A stretch of 21,158 bases of DNA from Candidatus Aenigmatarchaeota archaeon (lineage in GTDB: Archaea > Aenigmatarchaeota > Aenigmatarchaeia > Aenigmatarchaeales > JACQIB01), in NCBI GenBank assembly GCA_046760225.1, contig JBHIDR010000011.1, positions 1-21,158 of the forward strand. Direction: 5' to 3'. Positions 7,952 to 16,329 of the stretch are shown in pieces. Under the pieces are notes generated by a model. The model saw only the letters and a program-made list of their open reading frames with translations. It was not told the DNA's origin and made no database searches. A program made the position numbers and the translations under genes. Within the stretch, counting starts at the first letter, position 1, and each line of letters begins with the position of its first letter.

Positions 7952-8692
7952 CTACACACCACTAAAGTTCTGTTTCAGTGTTTCAAGAAGAACCTTTACA
8001 TCACTTCCTTTTGAAACAGCAAGGGGTATGCCTTCTATTTCAGCTATTCTCTTTGCAAGCTCATCAACATTCTCGCTCCTGTTGCCATGCAATACCACAA
8101 GCCCTGGTTTGAGGTTTGTTACTTTGAGCGCAACCATGCTGCTCTTGCCCCTGTGCGCACCAGTAAAGATCAGGGCCCTTTCACTTGTTAACCCATAAAG
8201 CTTGACCAGCTCCATTGGCGGAAGCTCTATTATTGCCTTCAGGCTGTCAATAACAGTATAACCATACAGCTTGCCCTCATTGCCCCCTCTTGTTACAAAG
8301 TTGGCTGAAAGCGACTTGCAGAAGTCCTTTGTTGATACAGGGGATGAGAACTCCTTCAGGTCAAGCACAGCATCAGAAAGCGCAGCCTTTGTTGGGAATG
8401 TTGAGAATTCCTTTATGACCTTGCCACCTACTTTTTCATCAAGCGCAATCATGGCGTCAACTATTCTCTTTATTACCTTTATCCCAGGGCTCTTCCTCCT
8501 GCTGTTCTCATAATCACTTATAACAGAGGGCATTACCTTCATTTGTTCAGCAAGTGTTCTTTGTGGTATTTTGAAGATGTTCCTCCATTTCTGTATTGTC
8601 TTGCCAGCATCAGAACTCAGCACAATCTCACCAGCAATTCTTTTTGCAACAGATTCCTTTGCAAGAGCCTCTTCATTGACCATGACAATCAT
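7952..8692 (-). CDS. Archaeal XRE-family HTH transcriptional regulator (COG1709-like)
   Basis: RIAGEIVLS...GKTIQKWRNIFKIPQRTLAEQMKVMPSVISDYENSRRKSPG forms the HTH. The C-terminal domain has YGYTVIDS, LYGLTSERALIFTG and KPGLVVLHG. The start may be 8683. Confidence 0.88.
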   Translation of the reverse strand: MIVMVNEEALAKESVAKRIAGEIVLSSDAGKTIQKWRNIFKIPQRTLAEQMKVMPSVISDYENSRRKSPGIKVIKRIVDAMIALDEKVGGKVIKEFSTFPTKAALSDAVLDLKEFSSPVSTKDFCKSLSANFVTRGGNEGKLYGYTVIDSLKAIIELPPMELVKLYGLTSERALIFTGAHRGKSSMVALKVTNLKPGLVVLHGNRSENVDELAKRIAEIEGIPLAVSKGSDVKVLLETLKQNFSGV

Positions 8693-8800
8693 ATTGTCGA
8701 ACTAGATATTTATAATTAACGATTATTTAAACTCATTTCCGGAAATTAGAGTATAGATAATAATTTATATGCTTTCAGAGCATAATGTGATAGTGATTTA

Positions 8801-9343
8801 ATGCCAATAAAGGTAAAGGATGTGATGTCAGCGCGCGTTATTTCATGCAGCCCAGGCACAACAGTTGCTGCAGCAGCAAAGACAATGAGGGATGAGGATG
8901 TTGGAAGCATTGTAATAATTGAAGGCAAGAAACCAGTTGGTATAGCAACACGGGAGGACATAACCAACAAGGTTGCAGCAGAGAACAAGCAGCCATCAGA
9001 AGTATTGGTAAAGGATATAATGACATCCCCTGTGATAACAGCTGCCTCTGATGAGGATCTTGCTGATGTTGCAAGAAGGATGAACCAGTTCGGCTATGAA
9101 AGAATGCCGGTCAAGTACCTTGACAAGCTTGTTGGTTTTATCTCAGTCAGGGACATACTCAGGGTATCACCCGGACTATTGGAATTAATGAAGGAGAGCC
9201 TTGAGGATATTGTGCCAGAGGGATTTGAGGCAGAGTTTAATGCTGGTGACTGCGAGCTGTGTGGCAATTTTGATGAGCAATTAAGAAACGTGAATGACCG
9301 CTGGGTCTGTGCTGCATGCCAGGATGAGGCAGCCGAGATCTGA
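8801..9343 (+). CDS. CBS-pair protein with C-terminal Zn ribbon
   Basis: Two CBS repeats (VKDVMS...PVGIATREDI and VKDIMTSPVIT...LVGFISVRDIL) followed by CELCG...WVCAAC. Confidence 0.9.
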   Translation: MPIKVKDVMSARVISCSPGTTVAAAAKTMRDEDVGSIVIIEGKKPVGIATREDITNKVAAENKQPSEVLVKDIMTSPVITAASDEDLADVARRMNQFGYERMPVKYLDKLVGFISVRDILRVSPGLLELMKESLEDIVPEGFEAEFNAGDCELCGNFDEQLRNVNDRWVCAACQDEAAEI

Positions 9344-9381
9344 GCAAAAGCCTTAAATTCTTGTTTTTTCTCATTATTCTC

Positions 9382-9818
9382 ATGGGCACAGCAAAAAACA
9401 TACCAAAGAACATTGAGCAACGGGAATATGTCATAGAGCAGGCAATGAAAAAGGCGATGTAAAGCACGACGAAGGAAAAGCACTGCTGTGCGCAGTCAAA
9501 ATGGGTTATTTTAAAAGCTATGAGAAAAGGGACAGAGTATACAGTGAATTATGCAAGAAAATAATACCAAAAAGAAAGCTTGACAAGCTCTTTAGAACCA
9601 TTTATGACAATTATCTGGATGATAAATATATTCAGTCGCGCCTGCATCATATGCAGGAAGAGGGCAAGGACAAGAACAGCCCAGTAAGGCAGGCCATATT
9701 GTCCAGGACATATGATACACAAAAACAAAAGAAGCCAAGGAGGCCCAAGAAGAGCACAAAGGCAGAGGATGATGAAATAGAAAAGACCCTTGCTGAACTT
9801 GAGGAAGATGCTTCATGA
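9382..9818 (+). pseudogene. Hypothetical gene apparently split by a 1-nt frameshift (26-aa ORF at 9382-9462 plus an open frame continuing into the 9501-9818 ORF)
   Basis: ATG at 9382 lies about 25 nt after a BRE/TATA-like AAAAGCCTTAAAT. The -1 frame is open from 9417 to 9818. One extra A in the A5 run at 9448-9452 gives a continuous 145-aa protein. Confidence 0.5.
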
Positions 9819-10054
9819 TAGTTTCCATTAAGGCACATCCGAACTCAAAGAATACACGCTTTCTATGGAAAGACAATATACTGCATGCATACCTCACAGA
9901 GCCTGCAAAGCACAACCGCGCCAACAGGCAGCTGGTCAAGGAACTGACAAAAATATTCGGTCCATGCAGAATAGTGAAAGGAACAGGCTCAAAAAACAAG
10001 ACGGTTGAGCTGCCCATTAAGGACAAGAAAGAGTTAAAAGCTTATCTTTCTTAA
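9815..10054 (+). CDS. DUF167/UPF0235 (YggU-like) protein
   Basis: IKAHPNSK...AYLTEPAKHNRANRQLVKEL...IVKGTGSKNKTV; ATGA overlap with the upstream ORF. Confidence 0.85.
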   Translation: MIVSIKAHPNSKNTRFLWKDNILHAYLTEPAKHNRANRQLVKELTKIFGPCRIVKGTGSKNKTVELPIKDKKELKAYLS

Positions 10055-10061
10055 TATTATC

Positions 10062-10499
10062 ATGGACAAGGACCATGTAAAGGACATTCTGAAACAGCCC
10101 ATCAAAGAGGCAAAAATAGATTATGATGAATCATGGGTTTCCGAGATAGCAGACTTTGTAATGGACCCAGACTCCCTTGTTAACGACACATTCAGGGGAA
10201 GCATGAGGTACAGGAGGGGAATTGTAATGGGCCCGGATTCATTTAACAATGGTGCATACAGGGGATGCATTGTGAGGTACAGAAAAGACCTCTTGGACCT
10301 ATTCATTGCTGCTACTGATATTGCATATGCTGATGCTGAAGAAAAGGAAATCTACATGAGGGCGCTTGACAAGGTCTGGACACAGGTGTACAGGCGGGGC
10401 CTTCCAACAACATGTAAAAACTGCAAGGCCTGCCATGATGATGAAGAGGAGGAAGAATTCGAGGAAGAATATTATTCTGAGGACGAACTGCCTTTTTAA
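10062..10499 (+). CDS. Hypothetical protein with CxxCxxCH motif and acidic tail
   Basis: 145-aa ORF tightly packed between its neighbours, ending CKNCKACHDDEEEEEFEEEYYSEDELPF. Confidence 0.75.
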   Translation: MDKDHVKDILKQPIKEAKIDYDESWVSEIADFVMDPDSLVNDTFRGSMRYRRGIVMGPDSFNNGAYRGCIVRYRKDLLDLFIAATDIAYADAEEKEIYMRALDKVWTQVYRRGLPTTCKNCKACHDDEEEEEFEEEYYSEDELPF

Positions 10500-10531
10500 A
10501 CCCCCATCACCTTTAAAAGCTTTAGATATCT

Positions 10532-10894
10532 ATGACTAAGCAAGGAGAAAAAGAAGAACTGCTGGCTCTGCTTGGCAAGGTCAAGCACATGCCAGTTATA
10601 GTCGAAGGAAAACGCGATCAAAACGTTTTACGTTTATTTGGTTTCACAAAAATCACCCAAATAAGAAAGGGGATATATGAGACAGCTGAGGAGGCTGTCA
10701 AGAAGCATAAAAGAATCATGATCCTCACTGACTTCGACAGGGAAGGCAGCAAAATAGCTGCCCAATTAACTCTTTTTCTCCAGAAACTCGGATGCAAGGT
10801 TGAGAGCAATATGAGAAGGAAAATCAAGTTCGCATTCGTCAAGAACAAGATAACGGCAATAGAGGAACTGAAATCATTGTTAAAAAAGAGGTGA
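10532..10894 (+). CDS. Small TOPRIM-domain protein (UPF0292/COG1658-like)
   Basis: TOPRIM motifs VIVEGKRD and ILTDFDREG; lies directly upstream of dnaG, as is common in archaea. Confidence 0.9.
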   Translation: MTKQGEKEELLALLGKVKHMPVIVEGKRDQNVLRLFGFTKITQIRKGIYETAEEAVKKHKRIMILTDFDREGSKIAAQLTLFLQKLGCKVESNMRRKIKFAFVKNKITAIEELKSLLKKR

Positions 10895-10899
10895 ATTAA

Positions 10900-12063
10900 A
10901 TGGCAAAATTAGCACAAACAGCCTCAAAGTACGTTATATACGCTAAATTTGAGGCAGACGGCACAGTTGAAAAGCCAGATGTCATAGGCGCTGTGTTTGG
11001 TCAGACAGAGGGCCTTCTGGGTCCTGAAATGGACCTGAGGGAGCTCCAGCAAACAGGAAGAATAGGAAGGATTGATGTTGACCTCAGGACAGAGGCAGGA
11101 AAGACCCGCGGAACCATAATAATACCGTCTTCATTGGGCTCAGCTGAAACAGCCATGATAGCAGCCACAATAGAGACAATAGAGCGTGTTGGTCCGTGTA
11201 CATCAAAGATAAAAGTAGAGAAAATAGACGATGTCAGGATAGGAAAAAGGAGTTATGTTGTGAGCAGGGCAAAGGAGCTTCTTGGAAAAATGTTATCCCA
11301 GGGCGTGCCAGAGACACAGGAAATATCAAAAGAGATCAAGAGGGCAGTAAGAACATCTGAGATAGTCAAGTACAAAGGGCTGCCTGCTGGCCCGAATGTG
11401 GAATCAGGCGACGGTATAATCGTGGTTGAAGGAAGAGCTGATGTTGTGAACCTCTTGAAGGCTGGTGTGAAGAACACAATAGCCATAGAGGGCACATCCA
11501 TCCCAAATGCAATAAAGGAGCTTTCAAAGGAAAGGGAGACAACAGTCTTTCTTGATGGTGACCGCGGCGGAGACCTCATACTGAAGGAAATGGCAGCAGT
11601 TGCTGATGTGGACTTTGTTGCAAGGGCACCTGAGGGCAAGGAAGTCGAGGAGCTGAGCAAGAAAGAGGTATTCAAGGCCCTGAGGGAAAAGGCACCGCTT
11701 ACAGAAGTAAAGGCACCAAGGGCACGTGCCAGAAGGAAAGAGGAAAGGCCCTACAAACCAAAGAGGATTGAACCGGAAAAGGCTGAGAAGTTCAAGAAAA
11801 TAATCAATGACCTGACAGGCACAAGAGCAGCATACTTCCTTGATAACGAAGGCAGCCCAATTGGCAAGGTTCCTGTTAAGGAGATGTTCAATGCAATCAA
11901 GGAGCTTGATGCAAAGACCCTTTTGTTTGACGGAGACATAGACCAGAAGCTGATAAGCTTCTGCTCCAAAAGAGGAATCAAGCACATAGTTGGAATGAGA
12001 ATCAGGGGCAGGATAAGCGTTCCGAGCAACATTGAGGTCCTGACAGCAAAGGACCTCGATTGA
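10900..12063 (+). CDS. dnaG: Archaeal DnaG-like protein (TOPRIM; exosome-associated in characterised archaea)
   Basis: VEKPDVIGAVFGQTEGLLG, DLRELQQTGRIGRI, IIVVEGRADV, FLDGDRGG and RAPEGKEVEEL; GAGGTGA Shine-Dalgarno sequence. Confidence 0.96.
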   Translation: MAKLAQTASKYVIYAKFEADGTVEKPDVIGAVFGQTEGLLGPEMDLRELQQTGRIGRIDVDLRTEAGKTRGTIIIPSSLGSAETAMIAATIETIERVGPCTSKIKVEKIDDVRIGKRSYVVSRAKELLGKMLSQGVPETQEISKEIKRAVRTSEIVKYKGLPAGPNVESGDGIIVVEGRADVVNLLKAGVKNTIAIEGTSIPNAIKELSKERETTVFLDGDRGGDLILKEMAAVADVDFVARAPEGKEVEELSKKEVFKALREKAPLTEVKAPRARARRKEERPYKPKRIEPEKAEKFKKIINDLTGTRAAYFLDNEGSPIGKVPVKEMFNAIKELDAKTLLFDGDIDQKLISFCSKRGIKHIVGMRIRGRISVPSNIEVLTAKDLD

Positions 12064-12092
12064 ATTTTTTAATAGCAAGCCCAAATATTATT

Positions 12093-13160
12093 ATGAAACA
12101 TCTTGGCAGGCTAAGGGCTCTTGCAGGGCGCAGGCCACTTGATGCGATTCTGGTAACAGGCAAGAAGAACCTGTGCTATTTTACAGGCGTTTGCGAGCCT
12201 TCTGGAATTCTGGTCATACCAAAGAGCAACGGGCCTTTCATAATCACATCTATTGGTGGAAAACAGGAACTAGGAGCATGTGGGATAGAAGCTTATTCTA
12301 TTGGTCCTAGGGCAGACATAAAACAGAAATCAGCTTTCCGCGCAATACAGAAGATGCTCGGTAAAAAGAGACTGAAAATAGGATATGATGCCAGGATGCC
12401 GCACGAGTATTTTGAGAAAATGCAAAAGGAAATGAGAGCAAGGCTATTCAACATAACACCCCTTCTTATCAAGCTAAGGGCGATCAAGACAAGCGAAGAG
12501 GTAAAGAAGATAACAAAATCATTGAGAGCAGCAGAAAAAGGAATGAGAGCTGCCTCAGAATCCATAAGGCCAGGAATAACTGAGAACGAGCTTGCAATAA
12601 TAGCAGAGCATGCAATGAGAAAATCCGGTGCAGAATGGTTCTCATTCAGGGGCATGGTTGCTTCAGGCCCCAACCCGGCCAAACCCCACTTCATCCCATC
12701 GAATCGCAGGATAAGGCAGGAAGACCTCATAGTTATTGACATAGGCGCTGTTTACAGGGGATACTGCTCTGACATAAGCCGCACTTTCTGCATAAAACCA
12801 AGCAAAAAGCAGAAAAAGATATACAGTATTGTGCTCAGTGCGCAGAAAGCAGCAACAGCAAAAGCAAGGCCAGGTGCAAAGGCAAAGGCCATTGACAGGG
12901 CAGCCAGAAACCTAATAGAAAAGCATGGTTATGGAACCAACTTCATCCATCCAACAGGACATGGTGTTGGCCTGGACATCCATGAAGCACCATCAATATC
13001 ATCTGATTCAAAAGAAACCTTAAAGCCAGGCATGGTCTTCACAATAGAGCCAGGCATATATATAAGCGGATATGGTGGAGTGCGCCTGGAAGATATGATT
13101 TTATTAACAAGTAAGGGGAAAATAAACTTAACAAAGTTCCCTAAAAGACTAGAGGTGTGA
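12093..13160 (+). CDS. Xaa-Pro aminopeptidase/prolidase, M24 family
   Basis: Metal-ligand motifs IDIGA..GYCSDISRT, HPTGHGVGLDIHE, FTIEPGIY and GVRLED. ATG at 12093 is preferred over TTG at 12060. Confidence 0.95.
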   Translation: MKHLGRLRALAGRRPLDAILVTGKKNLCYFTGVCEPSGILVIPKSNGPFIITSIGGKQELGACGIEAYSIGPRADIKQKSAFRAIQKMLGKKRLKIGYDARMPHEYFEKMQKEMRARLFNITPLLIKLRAIKTSEEVKKITKSLRAAEKGMRAASESIRPGITENELAIIAEHAMRKSGAEWFSFRGMVASGPNPAKPHFIPSNRRIRQEDLIVIDIGAVYRGYCSDISRTFCIKPSKKQKKIYSIVLSAQKAATAKARPGAKAKAIDRAARNLIEKHGYGTNFIHPTGHGVGLDIHEAPSISSDSKETLKPGMVFTIEPGIYISGYGGVRLEDMILLTSKGKINLTKFPKRLEV

Positions 13161-13162
13161 GC

Positions 13163-14239
13163 ATGGTTGATCCACGTGTTAAAAAACTTGCTGAAATACT
13201 GGTTGATTATTGTGTTTTCGTGAAGAAGGGCGAACGTGTGATAATAGATGGATCAGTTGAGGCATCTGACCTCATAAAAGAGATATACAGACTTGTGATA
13301 AAACGTGGTGCATACCCATGGGATGACATATCAATCCCGGGGTTAGGTTATATATTCTATAAGAATGCCTCCAAAGAACAGCTGAAAAAATATCCTAAGA
13401 TATGGGAATATGTTGTAAAGAGGTCTCAGAAATACATAGGCATAGGCTCCCCAATAAACACGCGCGAATTCTCGAACATAGACCCCAAGAGGATAGCAAT
13501 AAGACAGAAGGTCACGCGGCCCATAACAGACTACATAGTCAATGCAAGACCAAAGATATACCGCGTTACCCTAGATTACCCAACACCTGCTCTTGCACAG
13601 GACGCTGAGATGAGCATGGAAGAATATGAGGACTTTTTGTTCAGTGCATGCCTGCTTGACTGGAAAAAGCTCTCAAAGAGACTGAAGAGGCTACAGAAAA
13701 TACTGAACAGAGGCAAGACAATCAGGATTGTTGGCAAGGACACAGACATTTCCATGAACATATACAAGAAGTCTTTTGTTATAGATGATGGTCATGAGAA
13801 TATGCCAGGAGGAGAAATATTCTGCGCACCTGAAAAGTATTCTGCAAACGGTCATATACGCTTCACCTATCCTGCAATAAGGCAAGGAGTTGAAGTCACC
13901 AACATCTATCTTGAGTTCAAGAAAGGAAAGGTTGTAAAGGCAACAGCAGACAAGAACCAGAAGTTCCTCAGGCAGATGATTGCAATGGATGCTGGCTCTA
14001 AATACCTCGGCGAACTGGGAATAGGAATGAACCCCAAAGTAACCAAGTTCACAAAGAACCTGCTCTTTGATGAAAAGATAGGCGGCACAATACACCTTGC
14101 ACTCGGAATGGCTTACAAGGAATGCGGCGAGCCAAACAAATCAGCACTCCACTGGGACATTGTCAAGGACTTGCGCAAAGGTGGAAAATTAATCTTGGAC
14201 GGAAAGACAATCCAAAGAAACGGGAAATGGTTAGTGTAA
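13163..14239 (+). CDS. Thermophilic metallo-aminopeptidase, M29 family (AmpS/AmpT-like)
   Basis: DPRVKKLAEILVDY, AQDAEMS, NMPGGEIFCAP, LGELGIG, LFDEKIGGTIHLALGMAY and SALHWDIV; GAGGTG Shine-Dalgarno sequence before ATG at 13163. Confidence 0.95.
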   Translation: MVDPRVKKLAEILVDYCVFVKKGERVIIDGSVEASDLIKEIYRLVIKRGAYPWDDISIPGLGYIFYKNASKEQLKKYPKIWEYVVKRSQKYIGIGSPINTREFSNIDPKRIAIRQKVTRPITDYIVNARPKIYRVTLDYPTPALAQDAEMSMEEYEDFLFSACLLDWKKLSKRLKRLQKILNRGKTIRIVGKDTDISMNIYKKSFVIDDGHENMPGGEIFCAPEKYSANGHIRFTYPAIRQGVEVTNIYLEFKKGKVVKATADKNQKFLRQMIAMDAGSKYLGELGIGMNPKVTKFTKNLLFDEKIGGTIHLALGMAYKECGEPNKSALHWDIVKDLRKGGKLILDGKTIQRNGKWLV

Positions 14240-15499
14240 TTTTTTCTTGAGGTCTTTGAGTGCTTCAGGTAGAGAGAGCGGATTCTTCTTGTCCTTTACC
14301 TTTTCGTATGCCTGCTTGCCCAAACAGTTGACAAGTTTTATTCCAAGCTTCTTACATGCTCTTTCAAGTGCAACATAGCTTTCTGCTGTTGGTTTGAAAT
14401 AGCAGTAATACTTTTTATACTTCTGCGACTTCAGATAGTTTTCAATTCTTTTCTGGTTGACCTTTATGTACAGCTTCTTTATCTCCCTTGTCTCTTCCCA
14501 TTCTGGCCAGTCATACTTGTTGAAGGGATAATGATCAACAAATTCGTAAGGTATCACTCCTGGTGAGCTTATTGCAATCAAGTGCAACCTTGGCCTTATT
14601 TTTAATTTGTCTATTGCTGAAAATATTGCCTTGTGTAGTTTTGAGTGGAAATATGGTTTCCTGTATGCGCATGTAATGAAGAGAGCAATATCATTCTTTT
14701 CCGGCCGCTCATAGAATCTTGAAAAATAATCATGCCATACAATATAGAAGGGATGTACAAGCTCTTTCTTTGTCGCACCCCTGATAAAGGGCTGCTCATG
14801 AAACCTTGGTATGAATGCGAAATTATCAAACTCCTTTTCACAATCCTTATACGGTTTTGTTAATTTATCAAACTCTTTTCTGTCAAGTGGCTCCCATTTG
14901 CCACTTACCCACATGTTATAAAGCGGCGCTCTTGAGTGTGGAAAAACATTTATCAGAACAATGCTGTCTGAATAATTCCTTGCAAACCCAACAGATTTCT
15001 TTAGGCTTTTCTTGCGGTCCTTTACCCAGGGAAGGCCCACCATCAGATATGTTCTCAGCCCGCATTTGTTTCTTTTCAATGTCTCTGCTGCCCTAACATA
15101 ATCCTCAGCAATGAACCCCTTTTTATATTTCTTTAATATCTTGTCGTCAGCGATCTCAAGACCAATTGCAACCGTAAGCTTCACTCCTTTGAAATCTGTT
15201 AGATTTTCATCTGTGATGAATTCTGGTCTGCTTTCTATTACTAGTTCTTTTATACCCCCCTGCATGCATTTCTGCGCAACATACCTTCTTACCATTCTGG
15301 GAAACTGCTTGTCATCCAGAAAACTTCCGCTTGCAAATATCTTGAGCCTTTTTACTTTTTTTATTTTCCTGAACTTATCATCAATAGCCTTCTTTAGCCT
15401 GTGTATCTGGGGTGGTGGGCCAACAAGCTTTCCCCAGCCGCATCCAAAACATTCTCCCCATGCGCATTTCCCACCAGAGAGTATTATTGTCCTTTCCAT
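14231..15499 (-). CDS. Fusion of a RaSEA-like radical SAM domain and an ArcS-like (DUF5591) domain; putative archaeosine biosynthesis enzyme
   Basis: The N-terminal part has CAWGECFGC, KIFASGSFLD, IESRPEFI, VAIGLE, KGF and RTYLM (RaSEA/TIGR01210-like). The C-terminal part has ALFITCAYRKPYFHSKLH, HLIAISSPGVIPYEF and YPFNKYDW (ArcS-like PCS.RKPY...SP.G.VP.E...YP...YD pattern). Confidence 0.82.
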   Translation of the reverse strand: MERTIILSGGKCAWGECFGCGWGKLVGPPPQIHRLKKAIDDKFRKIKKVKRLKIFASGSFLDDKQFPRMVRRYVAQKCMQGGIKELVIESRPEFITDENLTDFKGVKLTVAIGLEIADDKILKKYKKGFIAEDYVRAAETLKRNKCGLRTYLMVGLPWVKDRKKSLKKSVGFARNYSDSIVLINVFPHSRAPLYNMWVSGKWEPLDRKEFDKLTKPYKDCEKEFDNFAFIPRFHEQPFIRGATKKELVHPFYIVWHDYFSRFYERPEKNDIALFITCAYRKPYFHSKLHKAIFSAIDKLKIRPRLHLIAISSPGVIPYEFVDHYPFNKYDWPEWEETREIKKLYIKVNQKRIENYLKSQKYKKYYCYFKPTAESYVALERACKKLGIKLVNCLGKQAYEKVKDKKNPLSLPEALKDLKKKLH

Positions 15500-15535
15500 A
15501 GCAAAGACTTTAATTCAAGACTTTAAATAAATAAT
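15500..15535. promoter_or_regulatory. Putative 36-bp bidirectional promoter between the radical SAM fusion gene and thg1
   Basis: AAGACTTTAA occurs twice (15504-15513 and 15517-15526). TTTAAT at 15509 and TTTAAA at 15522 each lie about 25 nt from one of the divergent ATGs. Confidence 0.55.
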
Positions 15536-16321
15536 ATGAAAAAACCATGGCAAATCTACGGCTACCCCAAGCCCAAATCAGAGGCCTCGCGTGGAACACT
15601 ATCCCTGGTGGATTGGGAGATATATTCCGGGATAGAAATACCTGAAAAGCCAGTTTTCATAAGGCTTGATGGCTGGAAGTTCCATCCGCTTTGCAAGCGC
15701 CTGAAGCTGAAGAAGCCCTATGACAGGCGTTTTGCTTCTGCCTTGGTCAAGACATCAAAAGAGTTTTTCAAAACCTTCAGCTGTAACCTTGCCTACATAT
15801 TCTCAGATGAGATCAACCTCCTCTTTCTGAAAGTACCTGGCTTCAAGAGAATAGAAAAAATAGATTCTGTTTTTGCAGGAATAGCCAGCAGCACATTTTC
15901 AGAACTAATGAAGACAAAGGCATCTTTTGACTGCCGCTGCATCCCAATGCTCAAAAAATCAGACATAATTAATTATCTTATCTGGCGCCAGGCAGAGTGC
16001 TTCCGCAACCATAACAACAGCTGGGCCCACCAAATGCTAATGAAATCTGGCTTATCAGCAAGCCGTGCACAGAAAAGACTATCAGGCATGAACACAGCCC
16101 AGATACAAAAGTTGGTCAAAGAAAGGTTCAACCTCGACCTCTTTGCAACCCCAGCATGGCAGAGAAGCGGAATTCTCCTTTACAAGGAAAAGTATTTGAA
16201 GGAAGGCTATGACCCAATAAAAAAGAAAAAGGTCAAGGTTTTCCGCTTCAAGGTCAAGGAAGACTGGTCTCCGCCCGACTTCAGGGACAAAGGCAAAAAA
16301 TTTATAAATAGCTTTCTCTAA
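15536..16321 (+). CDS. thg1: tRNA(His) guanylyltransferase Thg1-like protein (3'-5' polymerase)
   Basis: IRLDGWKFH, AYIFSDEINLLF, RIEKIDS, FDCR, YLIWRQAECFRN and PAWQRSG. Confidence 0.94.
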   Translation: MKKPWQIYGYPKPKSEASRGTLSLVDWEIYSGIEIPEKPVFIRLDGWKFHPLCKRLKLKKPYDRRFASALVKTSKEFFKTFSCNLAYIFSDEINLLFLKVPGFKRIEKIDSVFAGIASSTFSELMKTKASFDCRCIPMLKKSDIINYLIWRQAECFRNHNNSWAHQMLMKSGLSASRAQKRLSGMNTAQIQKLVKERFNLDLFATPAWQRSGILLYKEKYLKEGYDPIKKKKVKVFRFKVKEDWSPPDFRDKGKKFINSFL

Positions 16322-16329
16322 TTAGAGGA

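Noticed and set aside
7884..8198. 104-aa plus-strand ORF starting inside the origin
   Set aside because: Mostly antisense to the XRE regulator, with no recognisable motifs.
9460..9462. Stop-codon readthrough joining the 26-aa ORF to the 9501 ORF
   Set aside because: The two ORFs are in different frames, so only a -1 shift joins them. The stop is TAA, not a Sec or Pyl codon.
10412..10436. CKACH as a heme c (CxxCH) attachment site
   Set aside because: No signal peptide or TM segment and no cytochrome c maturation genes in the window; a Zn or Fe-S site is more plausible.
10900..12063. dnaG as a bacterial-type primase acquired horizontally
   Set aside because: The N-terminal motifs are those of the conserved archaeal DnaG family, and there is no CHC2 Zn finger.
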